Source of the DNA: Candidatus Iainarchaeum sp.
Lineage (GTDB): Archaea > Iainarchaeota > Iainarchaeia > Iainarchaeales > GCA-2688035
Length of the DNA: 32,000 nucleotides
Assembly: GCA_028713935.1 (NCBI GenBank)
Contig: JAQTNI010000001.1
Location: 30,001 to 62,000, forward strand
Direction: 5' to 3'
Below the pieces are notes generated by a model. It saw nothing but the letters and a program-made list of their open reading frames with translations, searched no databases and was not told where the DNA came from. Positions 24,773-32,000 of this stretch are shown here, piece by piece. The first letter of the stretch is position 1; each line of letters begins with the position of its first letter. The position numbers and the translations under genes were made by a program.

Positions 24773-25150
24773 ATGCGCGGTGTAAACAAAAATAGGAGAA
24801 AAACTGGTGGCGTACTCCGTGTTGGGAAACGACCACTTGAAGTTGGGATTTCGTTGGAAGATAGCGGTTTTCATGTTTTTCCCGATGTTCGATACCGCAG
24901 TGACCGAATGAGTAGATTTAAAACTTCTCGCAGGTTTTCTAACAAAATAGGTTCAGATCGCTGGCACTATAACCAGTTTTTAAAACCTCGCGGCTTTTGG
25001 ATTACCCAAGCGGGCGATATTGTAAAACCCCTTCCGGGCAATAAATTTAGGTTTTTAAAGCTATCCGAATTTCGGAAAGTTAGGGATTTGTTATGGTCGG
25101 GTTGGGCAAAGAGATACGGCCCAAAACCAAAAACAACTAAGCGAAAATAG
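24773..25150 (+). CDS. att-proximal small basic protein, family copy 2 (unknown function)
   Basis: 125 aa from ATG 24773. Paralog of 23239-23631. Followed by an equally long (36 nt) homologous spacer and the att copy. Confidence 0.65.
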   Translation: MRGVNKNRRKTGGVLRVGKRPLEVGISLEDSGFHVFPDVRYRSDRMSRFKTSRRFSNKIGSDRWHYNQFLKPRGFWITQAGDIVKPLPGNKFRFLKLSEFRKVRDLLWSGWAKRYGPKPKTTKRK

Positions 25151-25186
25151 CATCATTCTTGCCACGCGCATCTTTAACAGTAAGGT

Positions 25187-25207
25187 GTTCAAATCTCGTC
25201 CCCCGCG
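25187..25207 (+). repeat. att copy 3 (distal junction, probably the displaced original tRNA 3' end)
   Basis: Exact GTTCAAATCTCGTCCCCCGCG. Confidence 0.9.
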
Positions 25208-25330
25208 TAATTTCAATTAATAGTCCAGAGTGTTGGCATATTAGTTGTAAGATAAAATCTTGGTTTGCTCATATTTGCCCTGTGTGCTTTTGCGAGAGCA
25301 AAATATTGGATTAGAGGCCGCAGAGGCTGT

Positions 25331-25594
25331 TTATTGGTGATGTTTTTGCGTTCTTGCTTTTCTAATTCTTTTTGGAGCCCACCTGTAACTTACAGATTTT
25401 CTGTTGTGATGATTTTTTTTGCTTAATAACTTTAAGAACAGGGTTCCAATTCTTCGGGCATTTTCCTGCGGATTTGAAGAACAATCAACAATATACAACG
25501 GTTTCTTATGTTGTATTGCAAGAGCCTTTGCTTCAAGTGCGCAGGCATAACATTCACGTTCGATATCTTTGATACTTACAGAATGCCGTGTTTT
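25331..25594 (-). other. 87-codon open continuation in the same frame directly after the TAA stop of the P-loop kinase gene
   Basis: After ...LEMRRR-TAA the frame reads KTRHSVSIKDIERECYACALEAKALAIQHKKPLYIVDCSSNPQENARRIGTLFLKLL... up to TAA at 25331-25333. It has no ATG or GTG, and its only TTG is late. Confidence 0.5.
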
Positions 25595-26008
25595 TTATCT
25601 TCTGCGCATTTCCAGCCTGTTTTGCCTTCTTTCTTGGATTACCAGCGGGTTTCCTTTTATTAAAACAATTCCGTCAAAATACTTTGCGCATTCAGGAATC
25701 AACTGTGTAAAAATACTGGCATCATGCCTGATCCTGTTGATAACAAAGTGCCCATCAACTACAATAAGTTTTTCGGGATATTTTCTGGCTAGGTCCCTGA
25801 TTTCAAGTGCAGCTTCTTCAATAAACTTCTGCATCTCGCGATTCGTTTGTTCTCCAAATTTTTTTCCGGAAAAACTTTTTCTAAACTTTTTTTTTAAAAA
25901 TTCTGCGCCACGAATATAATAGAACAGCGGCCCTAGTTTTTCACTTGCAAGCTTAATTGCAGTTGTTTTTCCCAGAGTATGTGGCCCCCCGACATAAATT
26001 AAAACCAT
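25595..26008 (-). CDS. P-loop NTPase, adenylate/nucleoside-kinase-like (possibly truncated)
   Basis: 137-aa ORF. Walker A is VGGPHTLGKTT and Walker-B-like is LIVVDGH. Confidence 0.7.
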   Translation of the reverse strand: MVLIYVGGPHTLGKTTAIKLASEKLGPLFYYIRGAEFLKKKFRKSFSGKKFGEQTNREMQKFIEEAALEIRDLARKYPEKLIVVDGHFVINRIRHDASIFTQLIPECAKYFDGIVLIKGNPLVIQERRQNRLEMRRR

Positions 26009-26107
26009 ACTTAACTTACCCCTCTTTTGTATATATTTTTTTGGTTATAAGAAAAAAATGAATAAGCTTTTTATTTCCAAGTGCCCATTATTTACAAGGT
26101 AATTTGT

Positions 26108-26800
26108 ATGGCAAAAAGCAAAAAAGAATTTTCTGGAAAAAAGGATTGCGGAATTGTTGTTTCAAAGGATGGGCCTTATCTTGTTTCTGGCGGCTTGCCT
26201 CTGGTAAGGGAAATTGCTGTGCCTGACAGTGAAGGCCATCCTGTAAAATGGGTGAAAGGCAAGGTTTTTCCTGCCAAGGGAGATTATGCTCTTTGCCGTT
26301 GTGGACAGACTGAAAAAAAGCCGTTTTGTGATGGAACACACACTAAAATAGGCTTTGATGGCACTGAAACAGCAAGCAGGAAAGAATTCCTGAAACAAGC
26401 GGAAAAAATCAGTGGGTCAGGCCTTGTTTTGTTTGATGCGCCAGAACTGTGCGCAGGAGCAGGGTTTTGCCATAGCAAGGAAGGGGATACATGGAACCTT
26501 ACAAAAGAGTCTGATAATTTCAAATCAAAAAAAATTGCAATCCAGCAGGCATGCGATTGCCCTGCGGGAAGGCTGGTGGCTTGTGAAAAAAAAACAGGCA
26601 AGCCAATTGAACCTGATTTTAAGCCAGGAATCAGCATTACAAAATGGCAAGGCGAAAAATTTCCCGGTCCCTTTTGGATAAAAGGCGGAGTGCCAATAGA
26701 ATCGCATGATGGAAAAAAATATGAAACAAGGAATCGCGTTACTTTGTGCCATTGCGGCAAATCAAGAAACAAGCCGTTTTGTGATGGCAGCCATATGTAA
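26108..26800 (+). CDS. CDGSH iron-sulfur domain protein (two CDGSH motifs flanking a Cys-rich middle domain)
   Basis: Start taken at MAKSKKEF (26108). Has CRCGQTEKKPFCDGTH and CHCGKSRNKPFCDGSH. The middle domain has CAGAGFCHS...CDCPAGRL. Confidence 0.85.
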   Translation: MAKSKKEFSGKKDCGIVVSKDGPYLVSGGLPLVREIAVPDSEGHPVKWVKGKVFPAKGDYALCRCGQTEKKPFCDGTHTKIGFDGTETASRKEFLKQAEKISGSGLVLFDAPELCAGAGFCHSKEGDTWNLTKESDNFKSKKIAIQQACDCPAGRLVACEKKTGKPIEPDFKPGISITKWQGEKFPGPFWIKGGVPIESHDGKKYETRNRVTLCHCGKSRNKPFCDGSHM

Positions 26801-26846
26801 GCAAATATTTTTCCAAGTTTTTTTGTTGGAAAGGTTATAAACTACT

Positions 26847-27350
26847 TTGTTAAATGCTTTTTTTATGCAGGAAGAATTCAGGCTTGTTTCAAATACGGAA
26901 TTGGCAGGCCCTTTAAGGCATTTTGTTGAAGCTATTTTTGCCAAACATATTTCTAATCCGGGTTCTTTGAAGGTTTTTATTTCAAACGGCGGCCAAATGA
27001 AAGGGATTGCAAGGGGCAATGTTTTGATTGGATTTTGCGCCTTTATGCCGCTTGGCAATGATTCTGTTTTAATAAGCCAAATCTGGACAAATACGAAGTC
27101 AGTGGCTGCAAGAGAATTCAAAAGAGATTTTGGCAGGACTCCAACAGAATATCTTTTTGGAGATTTTTTGAGGAAAGGAATTTCCCATTTTCATCATCTA
27201 GGGGTAACAGCTTTAGGTGCAAGATTTTTGGCAAGGCTTGAGAAAAACGCCCTGGTTGCTAAAAAACAAAGCGGGTTTGAAATAACAAATAGGGCAATTG
27301 AAAAAGCAAAAAAAACAAGGCAATTAAGGCCTCTCAGGGTTATTCATTGA
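26847..27350 (+). CDS. Hypothetical protein
   Basis: 167-aa ORF (ATG 26865 is an alternative start). No family recognised. Confidence 0.4.
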   Translation: MLNAFFMQEEFRLVSNTELAGPLRHFVEAIFAKHISNPGSLKVFISNGGQMKGIARGNVLIGFCAFMPLGNDSVLISQIWTNTKSVAAREFKRDFGRTPTEYLFGDFLRKGISHFHHLGVTALGARFLARLEKNALVAKKQSGFEITNRAIEKAKKTRQLRPLRVIH

Positions 27351-27355
27351 ATTTT

Positions 27356-27583
27356 TTATTCGTCCTGTTTTTGCTTGGGTTTGACTGGTGTTTTTACCTG
27401 GCCTCTGGCCTGGTTGCTTTCTGAAAGGTCCTGGATTCTTCTAGCCAAAGCGGAATATTTTTTTTGTTTCAGCATTAATTGCATTTCCAACAGCCTTAAT
27501 TGCCAGTAGTCCTGGGGTTTTGCGCAGTCCAGTTCGTCCAGCACTTCGGATAACTTTCGTTTCACCATAAAAATTGCCTCCAA
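27356..27583 (-). CDS. Small hypothetical coiled-coil protein
   Basis: 75-aa ORF, convergent with the previous gene. No family recognised. Confidence 0.35.
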   Translation of the reverse strand: MEAIFMVKRKLSEVLDELDCAKPQDYWQLRLLEMQLMLKQKKYSALARRIQDLSESNQARGQVKTPVKPKQKQDE

Positions 27584-27837
27584 AAAAATCAGTCAAATTT
27601 TTGAATAAAAAGCCAATAAAAAATCAATTCCAAATTGTTATATAATCAGTGTATGGTTAGTATTAAAATGCAATAATAAGGCAGCAATAAACGCTTTTTT
27701 TGGCTCAGTTCCCTTTATAACCTGTTTTTGGCACTTATTATGTATATCAGATTCTGTTTCTCTAATCTGTTAGTGCTTTGGCACCATAGTAAATTTTTTG
27801 AGAATTAAAAAATTCAATTGATTGTGGAGGGATAAAA

Positions 27838-28332
27838 ATGACTTTAGAACCTATTTGGACAAAAGACCTGGATATTGTTTTTGTTGGAATAAACCCGAGG
27901 TCAGAATCAGTGGAAAATGGAATGTATTTTCACGAGAACAATTCTTTTTGGTCGCAATTAAACGAATCTGAAATTACTTCGGAAATTACTGATTCAAAAA
28001 ACATGCTGAAATACAATATTGGAATTGATAACCTGGTTCACAGGCCTACGAAAAGCAGCAAAGAGCTTTCAAAAAAAGAATATTATGATGGCAGGAAAGA
28101 ACTGGAACAAAAAATTCTGGAGCAAAAGCCAAAGACTGTCTGCTTTTTGGGAAAAAAGGCATTCAGGAAATATTTTAAGGAAAAGCCTGAAAACCATGGC
28201 TGGCAAAAAGAAAAAATTTTGGAATCAAAAGTTTTCATAGCGTATGTTCCGAAAAAAAACAAGTATGATTCAAAAATGAACATTACTGAAAAAGACAAGA
28301 TAAACAAGTTAAAAGAATTAAAATCACAATAA
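27838..28332 (+). CDS. Mug/TDG-type (family 2) uracil/mismatch DNA glycosylase
   Basis: 164-aa ORF. LDIVFVGINP...NGMYFHENNSFWSQL parallels the Mug pattern GINPG...F.....N.FW. Preceded by the strong SD-like GGAGGG 7 nt upstream. Confidence 0.7.
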   Translation: MTLEPIWTKDLDIVFVGINPRSESVENGMYFHENNSFWSQLNESEITSEITDSKNMLKYNIGIDNLVHRPTKSSKELSKKEYYDGRKELEQKILEQKPKTVCFLGKKAFRKYFKEKPENHGWQKEKILESKVFIAYVPKKNKYDSKMNITEKDKINKLKELKSQ

Positions 28333-28460
28333 GCAATTCACTGCAAATGCTTTGTGCAGGGCAGGCAAGCTTTGCACAAACAATGAATTGCAGAGCAATT
28401 AATTCAAATAAGCTTTTTATTCCTAAGCGCACTGATTAGTTAAATAGGGGCTGTTTTTCA

Positions 28461-29615
28461 ATGGGCAAAACTTTTGGCATCAGCATAGGGCTTGGCATTG
28501 TAAAGCCAAATTTTGAAAAGCCGTTTGAAGAGAATTTTGAGAAGGCTTTTTCTGCTTTCAAGGAATACAAAAAGGCAAAAATTTCTGAAAGGAAAGCGTT
28601 TTTTGGAGTGCTTTCAAGGAAGGACTGGGAAAGCCTTGTAGGAATAAAGCTGATTGAAAATTCTTCCATAGAAGGAAAAAAATTTCTTGAAGGGGAATAC
28701 AAAAAAATTCTTTTTTTTGATGAAGAAAGGCTTTTTCTTGAAACAGTTGAACTGAACAGGGAAATGGAAAACAATCTTTTTCTTCTGAAGAAAAAAAGAA
28801 GTTTTGCAAAAAGCATTGCAAAGGGAATTTTCAGGGTAAAAAATGCTTTTTCTGGCTTTGAAAGGCTTTTCAAGAAAAAAATTCTTTTGGAAATGGGTTT
28901 TTTCAGGCTGCTGCCTTTTTGTTATTCCCTGATTGAAGAACTGCCTGAATCAAAAAAACAATTTGTGAAATACAATGAAAGCGATGCAATTGAGTTTGTT
29001 TCAAAGCCGGGCCAGAGCCTTAATAAAATTGAAAAAGAATTATTGCGGAACATTCTGCTTGCAGAAAAAATTCTTGCAAAAAAAGGCCTGAAACTTTTTT
29101 TTGGCAGTGTTTATCCAAAAACAAAAAGAATGGGCTTGCTGAAAAAGATTGGAATTGGCGAGGACCAGAATTTTTTGGAATTGCATTTGCACATGGGAAA
29201 TTTTGATTCCGCTGCTGAAATGGCAGAACTGTACAACAAAATAATTGGCTTTTTTGAAGCAAATCCCCTGTTAATTGAAGAGGAGCGCAGGCTTTTTTAT
29301 GGCCTTAAAAACCCAAGAAGGTTAAGCCTGAAAGGCATTGAAGAGCAAATTCGGGCAAGGTTTGGAAAAAACAGCAGGCTTGAAAAACCAGGCAGGCCTG
29401 ATATTGATGCAATTATTTCGGCTTTGAACAATAGAAAACAGAAATTTTTGGCGAGAGATTATGCGACTGTTTTTATCAGGCCTGAGCTTGGCACAATTGA
29501 AATCAGGGCTTTTGGAACAAAAGGAAACGGAACAAAAAGCATAAGGAAAAACCTTCATGAAAACATTGTTTTTTTTGAACAGTTCATGAAAAAACTTGAA
29601 TTGGCTTCAGCGTGA
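28461..29615 (+). CDS. Hypothetical protein, possibly a very divergent carboxylate-amine ligase (GCS2/amidoligase-like)
   Basis: 384-aa ORF. The only recognisable cue is the C-terminal VFIRPELGTIEIRAFG, which resembles the R-P...G-T-x-E-x-R strand of glutamate-cysteine-ligase-2-type enzymes. Confidence 0.4.
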   Translation: MGKTFGISIGLGIVKPNFEKPFEENFEKAFSAFKEYKKAKISERKAFFGVLSRKDWESLVGIKLIENSSIEGKKFLEGEYKKILFFDEERLFLETVELNREMENNLFLLKKKRSFAKSIAKGIFRVKNAFSGFERLFKKKILLEMGFFRLLPFCYSLIEELPESKKQFVKYNESDAIEFVSKPGQSLNKIEKELLRNILLAEKILAKKGLKLFFGSVYPKTKRMGLLKKIGIGEDQNFLELHLHMGNFDSAAEMAELYNKIIGFFEANPLLIEEERRLFYGLKNPRRLSLKGIEEQIRARFGKNSRLEKPGRPDIDAIISALNNRKQKFLARDYATVFIRPELGTIEIRAFGTKGNGTKSIRKNLHENIVFFEQFMKKLELASA

Positions 29616-30500
29616 CTTTGGAATTTTGTGGCCTCCAAATTTGTTTCTTATGGCTGCTATAAACTTGTTTGAAAAAGTGTTTTCCTGCCTTGACCTTAGG
29701 CGGGATTCAAAAGCTGCTGTTATTGAAGAAAACGGGATTTCTTTTTTCCAGGCTTCTTCAATTGCCCATTTGCCTGTTTCCCCGCCTTCAACAATTCCCG
29801 GAAGATTATCAAAATTTTCTTCTTTAAGCGCTTTTTCCGCGAGTTCAAGGATATATGACCTGATTATGGCCCCGTTGTTCCAGGTGCCGGCAATTTCACA
29901 AAGATTAAAGCCAAATTCAGATTTTGACAATAATTCAAATCCCTCTGCATAGCTTTGAAGAATTCCGTATTCAATTGCATTGTGCGCCATTTTTATAAAA
30001 TGCCCTGAACCATTTCCGCCTGCAAACAATAATCCGTTTTTGCTTGCCAAAGCCTCAAAAACAGGCTTGAACTTTTCAAAGGCCTTTTTTTCCCCGCCAA
30101 CAGTGAAACAAAGCCCGTTTTCAGCGCCCCGCAGGCCCCCGCTTGTTCCTGCATCAAGAAAAAAAATGCCTTTTTCTCCAAGGCTTTTGGCTCTTCTGAT
30201 GGAATCAAGGTAATGGGAATTGCCTGCATCTGCAATAATGTCGCCTTTTTTCAAATAGGGAAGAATTTCCAAAATTGCTTTTTCCACTGCTTCCCCCGCT
30301 GGAACCAAAAGGACAATTTTTCTTTCCGGCTTTAAATACTCCACAAACTCCTTAATGCTTGAAGCGATATTAATTTTTTTTCCAAGCTCTTTTCTTAAAT
30401 CCGGATTTTTATCAAACCCAATGGCATCAATTTTTTTTGAAGCCAGATTTGCCAATGCCCTCTGGCCAATTTTTCCCAGGCCAATGATTCCAACCTGCAT
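29607..30500 (-). CDS. gnd: 6-phosphogluconate dehydrogenase, short (~300 aa) decarboxylating form
   Basis: 297-aa ORF. N-terminal MQVGIIGLGKIG Rossmann motif. The 6PGDH signature is GNGSGHFIKMAHNAIEYG. Confidence 0.85.
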   Translation of the reverse strand: MQVGIIGLGKIGQRALANLASKKIDAIGFDKNPDLRKELGKKINIASSIKEFVEYLKPERKIVLLVPAGEAVEKAILEILPYLKKGDIIADAGNSHYLDSIRRAKSLGEKGIFFLDAGTSGGLRGAENGLCFTVGGEKKAFEKFKPVFEALASKNGLLFAGGNGSGHFIKMAHNAIEYGILQSYAEGFELLSKSEFGFNLCEIAGTWNNGAIIRSYILELAEKALKEENFDNLPGIVEGGETGKWAIEEAWKKEIPFSSITAAFESRLRSRQENTFSNKFIAAIRNKFGGHKIPKSR

Positions 30501-30503
30501 GAA

Positions 30504-31406
30504 TTATTGCCTCCCTAGTTTTTCGTCAGCAAAAACAAAAGCCCCAAGCAGCCCAATTTTGCTGCCAAGCTTTGACGGAACAATTTTTGGCACCTTGCCG
30601 ATTGTATACTTTTTTATTTCGCGTGGCTTTGGAATAATTTTGTCAAACTGGTTCAAAGCAATTGAGCCCATCAAAACAATTGCATCAACAGAAAAAGCAT
30701 TAAGCATATTGCCAATGCCCTGCGCATTGTAATCCCTTATTTGCCAAACAATTTTTTTTATTTTTTTGTCTGACTCGCTCAGCCTGAAAAAGTCTTCAAC
30801 TGTTATCCTTGTTTTTAATTCTTTTTCAATTATGGATTCTATTCCAAAACCAGAGGACATTGCGGCCCAGCAGCCAAGCCTGTTGCAGCTGCATTTTTTG
30901 GCCTTTTTCAAATCCCGCTCCAAGGTTGTGTGGCCGAATTCGCCAAAAAAACAGTCCATTGCCTTGCCGTTCATGACAAGCCCGGAACCAATTCCAGTGC
31001 TAATTGCCAGAAGAAAAAATTTTTTCACTGTTTTTCCCAGGCCAAAATTCAGTTCGGCTTTTGCGGCAGCTTTCAGGTCGTTTGCAATAAAAACAGGCTC
31101 TTTAAAGTGCCTGCCTAATTCTCTGGCAACATTGAATTTGGAATTAATTTTCATTGGTGCAGATTCCAGCAAAAACCCGTTTTCAACAGGGCCTGGCAAG
31201 CCAAGTGAAACTCCCGCAATTTTGAATTCAGAAGAAACGCTTTCCCTAAGCGCCTTTGACAAATCCCTGATTTGCATTATTAGCGCTTTTGGGCTTCCCT
31301 TGATAGTTTTACACTCAATTGCCCTGGTTATTTTTCCGTTTTTTTGCATTAACGCGCCAAGAATTTTTGTTCCGCCAACATCATAGCATTCTATCAGGCC
31401 AGGCAT
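30504..31406 (-). CDS. ROK-family sugar kinase (glucokinase-like)
   Basis: Start taken at MPGLIECYDVGGTK (31406). The ROK zinc motif is CSCNRLGCWAAMSSG. Confidence 0.8.
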   Translation of the reverse strand: MPGLIECYDVGGTKILGALMQKNGKITRAIECKTIKGSPKALIMQIRDLSKALRESVSSEFKIAGVSLGLPGPVENGFLLESAPMKINSKFNVARELGRHFKEPVFIANDLKAAAKAELNFGLGKTVKKFFLLAISTGIGSGLVMNGKAMDCFFGEFGHTTLERDLKKAKKCSCNRLGCWAAMSSGFGIESIIEKELKTRITVEDFFRLSESDKKIKKIVWQIRDYNAQGIGNMLNAFSVDAIVLMGSIALNQFDKIIPKPREIKKYTIGKVPKIVPSKLGSKIGLLGAFVFADEKLGRQ

Positions 31407-31463
31407 AATTATGTATTGTTTGCAATAACAAATAAATAACTGTCTGTGCATAAATGCAGGTTA

Positions 31464-32000
31464 ATGAAAATAATTGCAGATAAAAATATGGAAAAATTGA
31501 ATAAGCTTGCAGCCAAGATTTTGGCGAGAAGCATAAAACAGATATTGAAAAAAAAGGAGTATCTTATTCTGGGCCTTGCAGGCGGCAGGAGCCTTTTTGG
31601 CTTTTTAAAAGTTCTAAGCCGGGAAACAGAAATCCCCTGGAAAAAAATCCATTTCTTTCTGGCTGACGAAAGAATAGTGCCTGTTTCAAGCAAAGAAAGC
31701 AATTTCAGGATGATCAAGGGCGCCCTGTTTGACAGGCTTGCCAGTAAAAAATTATTGCCAAAAAAGAATATCCACAAATTTGCCATGAATAAAAAACCAT
31801 GTTTTGGGCTTTTTGATTATGAAAAAGAGCTGAAAAAATACGGGAATTTTTATGATATCCTGGTTTTAAGTTCCGGAGAAGACGGGCACATAGCCTCTTT
31901 GTTTCCAAAACATGATTCAATAAAAAACAATTCAGAATGTTATCTGATAGTAAAAAATTCGCCCAAACCGCCTGAAAAAAGAATGAGTGTTTCGAGAAAA
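31464..32000 (+). CDS. pgl: 6-phosphogluconolactonase (partial, runs off the right edge)
   Basis: My own translation from ATG 31464: MKIIADKNMEKLNKLAAKILARSIKQILKKKEYLILGLAGGRS...IHFFLADERIVP...ILVLSSGEDGHIASLFP, the Pgl/DevB hallmarks. Absent from the ORF track because there is no stop within the window. Confidence 0.85.
   Translation, partial: MKIIADKNMEKLNKLAAKILARSIKQILKKKEYLILGLAGGRSLFGFLKVLSRETEIPWKKIHFFLADERIVPVSSKESNFRMIKGALFDRLASKKLLPKKNIHKFAMNKKPCFGLFDYEKELKKYGNFYDILVLSSGEDGHIASLFPKHDSIKNNSECYLIVKNSPKPPEKRMSVSRK

Larger units (their letters stand above)
23689..25207 (+). mobile_element. Integrated mini-element E2 (~1.52 kb): wHTH-nucleotidyltransferase/HEPN pair, small basic protein gene, att copy
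   Basis: Bounded by exact direct repeats of the tRNA 3' end. Its right-end module (gene plus 36-nt spacer) is homologous to that of E1. Confidence 0.65.

Noticed and set aside
23239-25150. The small att-proximal proteins as an SSV-type split integrase fragment or an IS200/IS605 TnpA (HUH) transposase
   Set aside because: The att repeat lies 36 nt outside the ORFs, not inside them as in SSV-type integrases. No H-hydrophobic-H motif is conserved between the two copies (FHVF against WSVF), and no TnpB-like partner is present.
27727-27784. TGGCAC repeats as a sigma-54 type promoter
   Set aside because: Sigma-54 promoters are bacterial, and the required TTGC element at the right spacing is absent. 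The context is archaeal.

Overview
AT-rich, gene-dense archaeal window. Evidence for archaeal origin: ribosomal protein eL42/L44e, AlaX, an NSUN methyltransferase with a separate PUA-like ORF, and three intron-containing tRNA genes. The many small and fused enzymes suggest a small-genome DPANN-type archaeon, but that is inference. I support about 45 protein genes, mostly housekeeping or metabolic. They include GMP synthase, a Gnd/ROK-kinase/Pgl pentose-phosphate cluster, DJ-1, a cupredoxin, CDGSH, SDR, NAD(P)HX dehydratase and a Mug glycosylase.

Main observations:
1. The 3' end of tRNA-Ser(GGA) is repeated exactly three times (22311, 23668, 25187). The repeats delimit two tandem mini-elements of about 1.36 and 1.52 kb. 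Each carries one toxin-antitoxin pair (HicAB; nucleotidyltransferase/HEPN). Each ends with a homologous gene for a basic protein of about 125-130 aa, then a conserved 36-nt spacer, then the att copy. No recognisable integrase is present. This is my best candidate for an undescribed system.
2. All three tRNAs carry unusually long introns (about 90, 109 and 162 nt). The two Ser introns share a two-hairpin RNA module with compensatory stem changes. Extra copies of intron-type modules lie outside the tRNAs: one upstream of tRNA-Ser(UGA), flanked by a 12-nt duplication of the tRNA 5' end, and one in the tRNA-Gly 3' trailer.
3. Three genes are interrupted: an in-frame TGA in a radical SAM/SPASM gene at the GGEP motif, an in-frame TAA in a P-loop kinase, and a frameshift in a Zn-ribbon/AbrB gene.
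4. A same-strand cluster encodes phosphoester-chemistry enzymes: an APH-like kinase, an HD-Nudix fusion, a HAD-YvcK fusion and a ThiF-like E1.

Limits: all family calls come from motifs recognised by eye. No database search or folding was run. tRNA exon/intron boundaries are good to about 1-2 nt, and start codons are often uncertain.
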